Positions 53,308-64,000 of a stretch of 64,000 nt of DNA are shown here, piece by piece. Made by a program: the position numbers and the translations under genes. The stretch spans positions 6,820,001 through 6,884,000 of the forward strand of contig NC_043007.1 in assembly GCF_006345805.1 (NCBI RefSeq). Reading direction: 5' to 3'. The notes below the pieces were generated by a model that was not told the DNA's origin, ran no database searches, and saw only the letters and a list, made by a program, of their open reading frames with translations. How positions within the stretch are numbered: position 1 is the first letter of the stretch; the number at the start of each line of letters is the position of its first letter. Source of the stretch: Octopus sinensis (taxonomy: Eukaryota).

Positions 53308-55836
53308 CTCTATCAATAGTAACAATATTAAGTTAACCCTGCACTATTACTCGGCCTTTTTTATCCTAAAGTAGATGTTCTCCATTTTGTTTTCCTTTTC
53401 TAACAAAATTATTTTGATTTCATTCTGCTTCTGGATGTAATAAAAATTCCTTCAATCAGAATATTTTTCAGGATTTTCTCCTACAATTTTTCCAATCTTC
53501 TGTTTTTGTATATTACATTCTCAAAATATTTCCAGGTAAGTTTGTATTATTTAGTGTCCCAAGCGTTAAGGACTATCTTAAATCGGGGTTTTTTGACGTC
53601 GACTGTTTGAAAGCTGGATGTTAGCCGTATGTTTCCGTCATTTCGTGGTTCCCGGATCCAATGAGACAGCCGCTGTATAGTCTATCAGTTAGAAATCCCA
53701 ACAATCGATCCATGATATGATACTCATCCGCAAAGCAAAGATGCACATAAGGTAATCTATTTTTCGATTTCAATAAAAGGTATCTATTAAAGATGGTTTG
53801 ATCACGGTAGGACTATCCTTTGATGTTTTCTCCATTAGAGGTGATCTAGGATAAAACAGCATTATGGTGCTCATTTACATAATGACTTCATCTTTTCACA
53901 TGATTACAGTTATTGTTGACTTCCATTTCATTTGACCACTTTCAGTGCATTTTTAGATAACACCTCAGTATGTCTTTGCCATTTTATTTACGTAAATAAT
54001 ATGGCGACTGAATGTTAACTTAATGAAATAACTAGATAAAATAACTAGATAAATTGTTAACTGTACGCTAACTAATTGTGTTTTGGGCAGAACCTTTCGG
54101 TTTTTCAGCTGTTTCACCGCAGCTATCACTATGTGTATATCTACAATAATAATAATGATGTTGTCTTTTTCTGCACCAGAACATGAATAAGAAAGGAAAG
54201 GGTAATGGCTAACTTGGTAGTGGGATGATGGAAATTCAACAGTGAAAAAACATCAAACTGTGTTTCAACTCTGTGTGAGTATATGGGTGTGTATGCAAAA
54301 GGGCGATGTGTGAATGTTTGTGTGTGTGTGTGTAATGGAAGTGGGATGGAGAACATTCAACGCTGGAAAGAAAAATCAAACAGCGTTTCAACTCTGCGTG
54401 AGTATATGTGTGTATGTTTATGTGCGTGCGTGTACAAGGGAAATATGTGAACGTTTATATGTGTGAACCGGTGTTCTTTCAGTGACAAACGATAATCGAT
54501 GTCACATCTCAAAAGACATCCACTAGATAACATTGACAAGTGTATTAATTCGAGTTACCATCCATATTTTAACTTTTTTTAATATCTATATATCAAATAC
54601 TACAATTAGCCATCATTTTTGATGGCACGGGACCAGCTGTCTTATAACAACTCTGCTTGTTATTACGTTACTTAACCAGTCGGTAAGATATTCAAGTGAT
54701 TAGTGAAAAAGAGGGAGTAAAAAAGAGGAAGAGAGAGAAAGAGTGAGAGATAGAAAGGGGGATAATGAAGCATCCACGACGTGATGTAGAGGGGGTGCAT
54801 TTGTAAAGCTTTCACATGATTAGTTTAAGGGAAAAAGAGAAAGAAAAAAGAGAGAAGAAAAGAGGATAAGACGAAGAGTGAGAAAGAGTGAGACAGACGG
54901 AGGGAGAAAGAAAAAGAGGGAGAGAGAAAATGAGGAAGAGACAAACATCCATGAGGTGAGGTAGGAGAAACGTAATATTTATTATGTCGTTAAAAAAGAT
55001 AAAGATGACAAAGAGGGGGGAGTGTTCAAAATATTTTAGCAGAAGGGTGATGTTCTGATAGTGAGGTTAAACAAAGGCAGGGAGAGAGAAGAAGGAAAGA
55101 GAGATGAGGGTGGCGGTGGAGGTGGCAGTGGTGATTGCATATTGAAAAGTGTATTTGTTTTTAATTGAGCTGTTTTTATATCACCTATCACTTAACGCAT
55201 GCGCATAAAAGCAATTCCATGAAATATTCAAGCTTATTTACGTGGCAGATATTTGCAATTTAACTAAAGGTCGTATCATAAATATACGGGATATTTTCTT
55301 CTGCTTGTTTATGCGGAAAAAGGGAAAAATAAGAGCGTATAACTTTAGTTAAGCTATGCACAAAAAATTAGCGGAGACCCAGATTAAAATATTTATTCAG
55401 TTAGATCCATCAGGGCGACAGCGGTTAGTCAACTCCTGCTAGAATAGAAAGCCCGCTTAACTGGGAGTCGACTTCGCAGCAGACCCGCTTCCTGGATCGC
55501 CCACGGGGAAGTTCCTGTCTACAGTTCGTCTGTCATAAATCTTCGGGCAGTGCCCCGCAAGGGATTATTTATTTTATGAATGCTGTGTATTAATTCTATA
55601 AAATTGTGCATAAAGTATATAAAGTGTATATATAAAGTACATCAAGTAATCACCGTATTCCAATTTCTTCCATTTTTCAAAGAGTACCAGAAGAGTGACT
55701 ACCTTTTTATACACACACAACACAGGCTACGCTTTCAGGTTTTTTAAATACAGCTTTAAGAAAAAAAAACCAATAGGTTTACCATTAATTCCGTGAAATA
55801 TTCTCGGGTCCCGCTAGTAATATATTAATATATGTA

Positions 55837-56008
55837 AGGCAGCGAGCTGGTGAGTTCAAATTCCGCCGAGGTCGACTTTGCCTTTCATCCTTTCGGGGTC
55901 GATTAAATAAGTACTAGCTCATCACTGGGGTCGATGTAATCGACTTAATCCCCTTGTCTGTTCTTGTTTGTCCGCTCTATGTTTAGCCACTTGTGGGTAA
56001 TAAAGAAA
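55837..56008 (+). mobile_element. SINE family A with about 55-bp deletion in the tRNA head
   Basis: gagctgg is joined directly to tgagttcaaattcc; the remainder matches the 56984 copy. Confidence 0.85.
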
Positions 56009-56983
56009 TGAATATATATGAATATATGTAATATATGTTACATTATTTGATTTATTGTAATTTACTCTATATTGAATATAATATATTAATTTGTCAGTCA
56101 TGTGATTGTCACTGAATGGTCTTCAATTATTTCCATACATTGTTACCGTTTAATTTTCTTATCTTATTCCTTGCCACTCGGCAGAAACAGTTCGGGCGAA
56201 CGTTCATCTTTCATCAATGGTCTTCGTTGTATTATATTTTATTTTACTAAAGATTTAAATTCTGACCACTCAAATTCTGTTAGCATTCATACAAATGCCC
56301 TTCCCTCTATATGGATTTCTATTTCAGCATATGATAATTTGTTATTTATTTTAATATACTTTTTTTCCCCGGTTTCTGCAGATAACTTGGTATTGTTACA
56401 TTCCCATGTGAAATATAAAATATGAGTTAATACTTATATCGATAATGTCTGTTGTGTTAAGATGTGGTTCTAACTTTAGTATCTGGAACTATATGCTATA
56501 ACAGAATTATGAAAATGTTGTCACGCATTAATGGTTTTAGCCATTCATTCTTTAGAGGACACTGATAAAACTGCGACACAAATCATGTGTCCTTCATGTA
56601 CGGACAACCGCATTACCGGTTACGCATTCACTTTATGTAATTTTCAATCTGGAATTAAGCATAAACGTTTATCTTACTCGCTTCAATTGGAATTCTTCAG
56701 TCACTTCATGCAGCTTCTGCATTCTGCTGAATACAGCATTTTAATTTCATCCCAACCAATGAATACAATTAAGCGTAAGGTTATGAATCAATTAACAAAT
56801 CTAGTCATTAAATATTTTTAATTTAGCAATATTAATAATGTAGTCGAATGGCACAGTTGTTCGCGCGTCGATTCGACTTTTTTCGTGTTTAATGATGGCT
56901 GTACACAACGTGCATTCATGTTTTACAGAAATCAGCTTTGCGTTCATCCTGATGTGGTCAAAATAAAGTACAAGTCAAACAAA

Positions 56984-57220
56984 GCGGTGAGCTGGCAGAA
57001 CCGTTAGCACACCGGGCGAAATGCTTAGCAGTATTTCGTCTGCCGTTACGTTCTGAGTTCAAATTCCGCCGAGGTCGACTTTGCCTTTCATCCTTTCGGG
57101 GTTGATTAAATAAGTACCAGTTACGCATTGGGGTCGATGTAATCGACTTAATCCCTTTGTCTGTCCTTGTTTGTCCTCTCTGCGTTTAGCCCCATGTGGG
57201 TAGTAAAATAAATAAATAAA
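56984..57220 (+). mobile_element. tRNA-derived SINE, family A, full length
   Basis: gcggtgagctggcagaaccgttagc (A box)...gagttcaaattcc (B box)...gactttgcctttcatcctttcgggg...tgtggg-AT-rich tail. Confidence 0.9.
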
Positions 57221-59059
57221 TTACCAGTCAAACCAAGAGCTCCCTATTGTGATGCTCCCCGCCTCTTCCTCTCTCTCCCCATTTCTCTCCCCCTCCAAAC
57301 ACACACTCTCTCTCTGTACATGCGTGTACGTGTGTGTTGGTGTGTGTGTATGTGTGTTCGTTTGTGTGCATAAGTGGGGGGGGGGAAATTAATTACACGA
57401 ACAGACTACAATGTTTGTTGTTACTTTATATTTCTCATCCAAGTATACGTTCTCGTAATTTATAAGTGTTTCTTCTCATTATCTCCACGTAAGATAAACA
57501 AAGATATCTTTAATTTACAAACAATCGAAATTCCATTAAATCATTAAATCACGATGAAAATGAATAATGTTCGCAATATCAAATTACCGAAAGGCGCCGA
57601 GATGGCAGACTCATAACCACGCCGGACATTTCTCTTCAAATGTTTTCTCGTCACTAGAATACGATTGTTAGTAATGCTCTATAACAGGAGAAGGACAAAA
57701 CATGCAGATGAAGCTTCCGATAATGATACGCTGCATCTCTCGAAGTTACGGATGCGAAATGTACATGGGAAATTCTTTTCTTTAGCCAGGTTAAAAAAAG
57801 GCCTCACGCAGAGACATAACATAGCATGTACTTGGCGGATGATAAGATTGGCACAGGTCTGTTACAAAACAAACTTCATCAAACGCAATTTCTATCTAAA
57901 AACCACGAATTCTAAGAGCTTCAAATTTTCTTGGGGAATGAGTAGTCGAATCAATCAAAGTTCTTGACATGTAATTCTTTAATTAGCTAAATCCGAGTTA
58001 GAGAGAGGCGGAGTTGGATCCAATGAAGTCTGAACTCAGAAACTAGACAGCACAAGTTAAGGTATATATGAAAGTGTTGTAACACTTAGCTTGTCACTCT
58101 ACGGTCATAATTTATCGCTACTTAATTAGAATGACAACAATAAGAATATACAATAATTGTCTCCAGAATTAAGAGAGTGATTAAAAATAAAGGAAGCCAG
58201 TTAAGATTAAGTAATTCATCTTTGATTTCTATATATTTCCTCAGATTTATTACACCGGCAATAAAATCTAATAAAACGTCATAAAACCACGAAATAAACT
58301 ATGATAAATTTCGATTACCTATATAAATATAATACAATTACACACAGCCATTCATGAAAGAGTCGATAGATTTTCAGACAAATTTCTTAACGCTGAATCG
58401 ATATATTCCTTTGCATTCTTTGTTCAAAGAATAGATTAGGTGACATTAGCGGAGTATGTAGCGTTTTTTGTACTCAGAGTAAGATTTCAGTTTGGGGCTA
58501 ACACATGGGTAGGTGTTTTCCCACCCGTTTCCTTGCGGTGAACTTGCAAATTGTAGACAGTTAAAATGCCTTGCGCTATTTGATCAGACTGTATTTTCTT
58601 TCTTCAAAATTTGTCAAAGTGAACTTACTTTTCGGCCTTTCGGAGGCTATAAAAATGTACCAATCCAGTGAAGTAGATTAGCGGAACTGGAAGTACTTCA
58701 AACCAGAGCTTATTCTGGTACCGTTGTATTTATTTTGTTTCTTTGTAGGATTTGAACTAAGAATGCAATGTCATAATTCAAAGGTAGGGAAGTTCAATCG
58801 TTCCATTTGACACCGTCACTTGTCACTTAGGTGTCTGAAAATATTAGCAGTTAAATAACATGGTGCATGAATGTGAAGGAAATAATATTAGTAGTATGTC
58901 TTATACTCGCTGCTAAACTCTGAATATAGCACCAGTGAAATAAGGTGACACATGAATATAAATAAATCAGTTTGGGACAAGTAATAAATCACTTTATTAC
59001 TTGAAGCGTTCTAATAGGTTGCCCAAGTCGGAAAATAGTGCCATTGAAATGACGCATTC

Positions 59060-59192
59060 TTTTATTCTTTTACTCGTTTCAGTCATTGGAGCACCGCCTT
59101 TAGTCGAACAAATTGGTTTCTTTTGCCGAATCGGTAAGTTACTGGGACGTAAACCCATCAGCATCAGTTATCAAGCGATGTTTGCGGGACAA

Positions 59193-59223
<31 letters not shown>

Positions 59224-59442
59224 TCTAATATATATATAAATCATATATATATATATATATAGATATATATATATATACATATCTATATATTATATATACA
59301 TATAATATAATATATACGACGGTCTTCTCTCAGTTTCCGTCTCCCAATCTACTCAGAAGGTTTTGGTCGGCCCGAGGCTATCGTAGAAGACACTTGACTG
59401 AACCCGGAACCATGTGTGGTGCTTACCACACAGCCACTCCTC
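59060..59442 (-). mobile_element. SINE family B with internal deletions
   Basis: 3' part at 59060-59200 and 5' part at 59315-59442 in reverse orientation around a central microsatellite. Confidence 0.75.
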
Positions 59443-59888
59443 TGTTATTTATCTATTTTTAATATATCAATATAAGTAAATGAAAGTACAATTTGTACTA
59501 TTTTATTAATATTGTCGAAACCAGTATCGGGACGATTTGAAGTATTTCGAAGACGACATACATTAATGCTTCAAGAATATCGCCGTTATAAACAGAATTG
59601 TAGGGTTGAATTTCAATATAGAAAACCAAGAAATAGCAAAGAACATTTAATGGTTGTCATATCAAATTCATTAGTTTTGTCGCTTTTAGGCGATTTTGTT
59701 CCGTCTTACTTTGACTATCCACATAGAGATATTCACACACACACACACACACACGCACACATACACACACACACGCATACACGCACACAATTATATATGC
59801 ATTAATTCAAAAGTCGTCATACACACATTCATATCTATCTGTGGGAATCTACTTATCTATATGTGTATTAAAACAATATATACCATAC

Positions 59889-59920
<32 letters not shown>

Positions 59921-60023
59921 TGTATATATAATAGTATATATATGTATATTATATATATATTATATATATTATATATAATATATATATATATATAGGATAT
60001 ATATATATATATATATAATATAA

Positions 60024-60068
<45 letters not shown>

Positions 60069-60439
60069 ATTATATATATATATATATATATAATATATAT
60101 AGGATATATATATGTATGTAGGTATTTATTTATACATATATGCGTATGTTATATGTTGACGTCTGTCTGTTTGTATGTTTCTCTTCTGTTTTTGATTAAT
60201 TAAATTCTTCCTCTGACAAAGAAGCTACTTTCTAAGAAACATACAAAGTTCCATCTTCAGAAAGTAGATAACGAAAACAATGTCTCATTTTAAACTCGAG
60301 AAAAAGTCTTGCGTGGTTTTACTGTTCCGCTTACAGGCTGCAGTTGTAATGTGTGAAAGGGTTGATTTCTTTTTCTGAAAATACAAGCTCGGCATATACT
60401 TACAGTTAGGCACTTACTTACAGAACCAATTTCTTCAGC

Positions 60440-60720
60440 TATTATTTGTATAAATGCAAATTTGTAATCCAGATATAGGTGATGGAGGTTTCGAAGTACA
60501 GACATATTCCCTCTCTTCTAATTTTATTGATTGGGGAGACCTTCAAATCTAAACAGGATGTGACAATACACCTGCAATGCAAGAGTTTCTCGCCAGTACA
60601 AGACATGAAATTCATTGCACACAGAGTAATGGTTCTGTGCACAAGGTGGAAGGACTTACTGGAACGAAACGGTGATTATATCATAGATTGAATAAATGGT
60701 TTTGTTTTCGTTTAAAAACG
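60440..60720 (+). mobile_element. Mariner transposase C-terminal remnant
   Basis: Reads FIAHRVMVLCTRWKDLLERNGDYIID*, the typical mariner C-terminus (RW..vv..nG.Y). Confidence 0.65.
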
Positions 60721-61660
60721 GAAACTTTTTAACCATGCATATGTAAATACACATGTCTACACAAAACGAGTATACACTGTATGAAGGGTCAGTAACTGTT
60801 GTGTTTATCAACTCTTTTGGAATCCTTAGCTTCTATCTTTCGGAAATCGTTCAAGTCCTCACCCCCTGAATAATGTAGACTACGCTTAAGGTTGCACTCT
60901 GTAACATGGAGCATTCAAACGGTTCTTATTCTTCATCTAAGTCGTTTTGACGCATCTCGTGTGAGAAGGACAGACGAATGCTCAGCTTAGTCTCAAAGTT
61001 GTAGCTGAGTCCTTGCCATCTTGGTTTTACTTTCTTCCCAACATCCTTAACGAGAAAGTACAAAGGAAAAAAGCTGTATGAATATAAATAAAAGGGGCAG
61101 ATTGTAGTGGTGAGAAGGGAAAATTAGAGAGGGGGAAAGAAAGTAAGAGAGAGAGAGAGAGGAAAGGGGACAGAGAACAAGAAAGAAAGTGAGGGAATGA
61201 AGAGGAGAGTTGTTCTAGTTGTTCGCTTCGAATAATAAAAAAGAAATGCTACGGAAAAGATAGGAAGCATAATCAATACTGGATACATATTGTACGTAAT
61301 CTTTGCTTCTATCTATGGCCCTCGTTAAACAAAGGCGAACACTTTGTCTGGCTCTTGCTCCATATACACACATATGTATGTACATTGATCCAATGTACGC
61401 ATATGATCCTTCGCTCGCGGTCACACACGCACGAGCGCTCACGCAAGCACGCGAGCACACACACACAGAATAAACACTCCATTGGTGCAAAATAGACTTG
61501 AGGCAATTATAGCGGCTTTTTACGTTCTGGGGTCAAATCACGCCGAGGGAATAAAATACTAGGGGTGGATAAAATGATGAACCAAATAAAGTCTGGATCG
61601 ATTGAAATAACTTACTTCTCCGCCCAAAAACTGCTGGGAATATGCCAAAGTTTGAAAATT

Positions 61661-61738
<78 letters not shown>

Positions 61739-62230
61739 GAGTGAGCGAGCAGAGCATGCCATCAAAGTGAAACTGGGATAAAATATACGAAGCCCAGTAT
61801 ACCCATCATGACTACCCGTCTGATAAGGGTACACCAGGCACATGCATCACAACCATATGTGCGCGACATGGTGATCTCATATCAAGATAAACAGCATATG
61901 ACCTTGCAGGTGGAGCCCAGTTAGAATTTTCTTCAGATCGAGTAACCCATCCCGCTCAAAAGGTCCCTGAATATGGGTTGTTTAAGGACGTTGAACGAAA
62001 CACCCATGTTTCCAGAGGTGAATTATTCAAACCCCAAAGAATCCCTCTCAACACATGGCTATGATGCTTCCCCACTACTTCTACTCGTGATCAGAGATGC
62101 ACATATCGTCAGCCACTAAGGGACATGCTCAACTGGTTAAGGTCAAACAACTGACAAGCAAATCTGTGGTATTGAGCAGAATATTTGCTGTAGCCCATTT
62201 TTTATACCAAGACAAAACAATGTACATGAT
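61739..62230. mobile_element. About 500-bp non-coding repeat embedded in (ATT)n microsatellite (segments A then B)
   Basis: Near-identical to the sequence at 40105-40688 and flanked on both sides by (ATT)n. No convincing ORF. Confidence 0.8.
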
Positions 62231-62237
62231 AATTATA

Positions 62238-62296
<59 letters not shown>

Positions 62297-62445
62297 CATC
62301 ATCATCATCATCATTATTGTTATTATTATTTTGATTGCCTTTGCACACCTTCTAACGCTGGAGATGTACTACGGTGTCAGCTGTTTAATACCAGGTGTTC
62401 GTATTTCATTTTGTTTACTGTTGGTGACGTCCTGTATGCATATAT

Positions 62446-62523
<78 letters not shown>

Positions 62524-62567
62524 ATATATACGCATACATATACATATATATATGCACACACATAAAT

Positions 62568-62748
62568 GTATGGCTGTGTAGCAAGTAACTTGCTTTCCAG
62601 CCACATGATTCCGGGTTCAGTCCCACTGCGTGGCACCTTCGGCAAAGTGTCTTCTACCTTATCCTCAGGCCGACCAAAGCCTTGTGAGTGGATCTGGTAT
62701 AGGGGAACTGAAAAACTGAAAGAAGCCGCCGTATATACATGTGTGTGT

Positions 62749-62784
<36 letters not shown>

Positions 62785-63015
62785 CTGTGTCTGTGTTTGT
62801 TCCCGCGTCATCTCTCTCTCTCTCTCTCTCTCTCTTGACAACCGGTGCTGGTGTGTTTAGGTCTGCCTGACTTAGCCGCTCGCCAAAAAACTCATAGAAT
62901 AGGTCTTAAAATTAAGCACTAGGGTCGATCTGTTCGGCTAAATACCCGTCAAGCCTGAGTTCCAGCGCAGCCGCAATCACATGACTGAAACCAATAAAAA
63001 AATAAATAAAAGAAT
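62568..63015 (+). mobile_element. SINE family B
   Basis: tggctgtgtagcaag...ccgggttcagtcccactgcgtggcacc...atgactgaaaccaataaaa. Confidence 0.85.
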
Positions 63016-63060
63016 ATATATTATAAATAAACACAAGCAATCATTCGACCTTTCATTATC

Positions 63061-63296
63061 TATTTCTTTACTACCCACAAGGGGCTAAACACAGAGAGGA
63101 CAAACAAGGGCTGACAAAGGGGATTAAGTCAATTATGTCGACCCCAGTGGGTAACTGGTACTTATTTAATCGACCCCGAAAGGATGAAAGGCAAAGTCGA
63201 CCTCGGCGGAATTCGAACTCAGAACGTAATGGCAGACGAAATACCTCTAAGCTTTTCGCCCAGCGTGCTAACGCTTCTGCCAGCTCCTCGCCGCCT
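63061..63296 (-). mobile_element. SINE family A, full length
   Basis: Reverse complement of the 56984 copy. Confidence 0.9.
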
Positions 63297-64000
63297 TCGA
63301 CGTTTCATTACCACGGGTTATTCCTTATCAGTGTGCACCTGCGTTTCTCACCTGCATGTTTTATGCACGTGATACTGAAGACATAAAATAACTCTTGAAT
63401 ATAGAAACGTTTTATGTGCACTGCGCATGACATTCGTATATTTGAATGTGTGACACGTGTTCTGCGCTTTTAAACTACAACCAATCGACTCTTTCTGTAC
63501 GATTGTCTAACGACAAAATGTTGTGTTAGTCAGTGTTTACATCAGTTCTACATTCAAGAGAACCTCTCTCATGGAAAGGCGTCTTTTTTTTTTGGCGGTG
63601 AGTCAAAAGTTTTGTTGCGCGTGGATACTTTTTTCTATTGGAATTTTTGTCTATTGTTGAACTTTGAAAATTTCTGTGCTTTTTCCCGGTGACGGGAGAA
63701 AGTAATTGTTGAAATATTGAAATTATTATTATTGAAATTATTAAAGCCGTTGTACTGTTATCCTCATTAAAAGGTGGGGAAATATTATAGGTTTCCCATT
63801 TTTGGGATAAGTAATATATTATTGCGTGGAAAATTAAATCTTAACCGTTGTAGTCTCTATTGTGGCACCGCCCCTAGCGTGGGTGAGATTTGAACTGTTG
63901 TCCTCGTTGCGAGAAAAAAAATATTATAGGTTTCCCATTTTTTGGGATTCTATATTTTATTATTGTGTGGAAAAAAATTAATTTCGAACGTTGTAAGCTT

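Noticed and set aside
53472-53535. Plus-strand cag|...ccag|gtaagt 64-nt exon-like segment
   Set aside because: Isolated, pyrimidine-rich, on the opposite strand to the supported exon, and has no partner exons.
57588-57678. Possible 91-nt minus-strand exon (SITNNRILV...SAPF) with a good acceptor
   Set aside because: The donor is weak (gtaatt) and its phase would force the less plausible frame in the downstream exons; no homology.
63779-64000. About 80-bp direct repeat at the window end; similar 130-bp tandem pair at about 54215-54440
   Set aside because: Ordinary local duplications with no further structure; the first is cut by the window edge.

Overview
AT-rich eukaryotic DNA dense in microsatellites ((TA)n, (CA)n, (TATG)n, (TATC)n, (ATT)n). 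The tRNA-derived SINE families and repeat landscape look like an octopus/cephalopod genome; this is inferred from remembered repeat consensuses, not a database search. The window is mostly intronic or intergenic. One well-supported coding exon lies on the minus strand (30575-30772, 198 nt), with two weaker candidate exons (43979-44036, 21605-21717); the protein is unidentified. Decayed DNA transposons: a DD37D/maT element, a Tc1 element and three mariner copies. There are about 20 SINE copies from four families, short R4/Dong-like and RTE-like LINE remnants, several MITE-like inverted-repeat elements and a 27-bp minisatellite. Almost all ORFs in the supplied track are microsatellite translation artefacts. 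The main unexplained signal is a set of about 10 minimal type I hammerhead ribozyme motifs in at least six unrelated small repeat families. Most have the self-complementary stem III typical of Penelope-like element (PLE) hammerheads. They usually end in AATAAA plus a (TA)n junction, and four loci form head-to-head inverted pairs with outward-facing ribozymes. One element joins a tRNA-like Pol III head to a hammerhead tail, and one 84-bp perfect palindrome ends at the predicted self-cleavage site. Together these suggest a system of non-autonomous, hammerhead-bearing, microsatellite-associated retroelements (retrozyme-like or PLE-dependent). No autonomous PLE ORF was seen. All ribozyme calls come from reading the sequence by eye and need covariance-model and cleavage tests.
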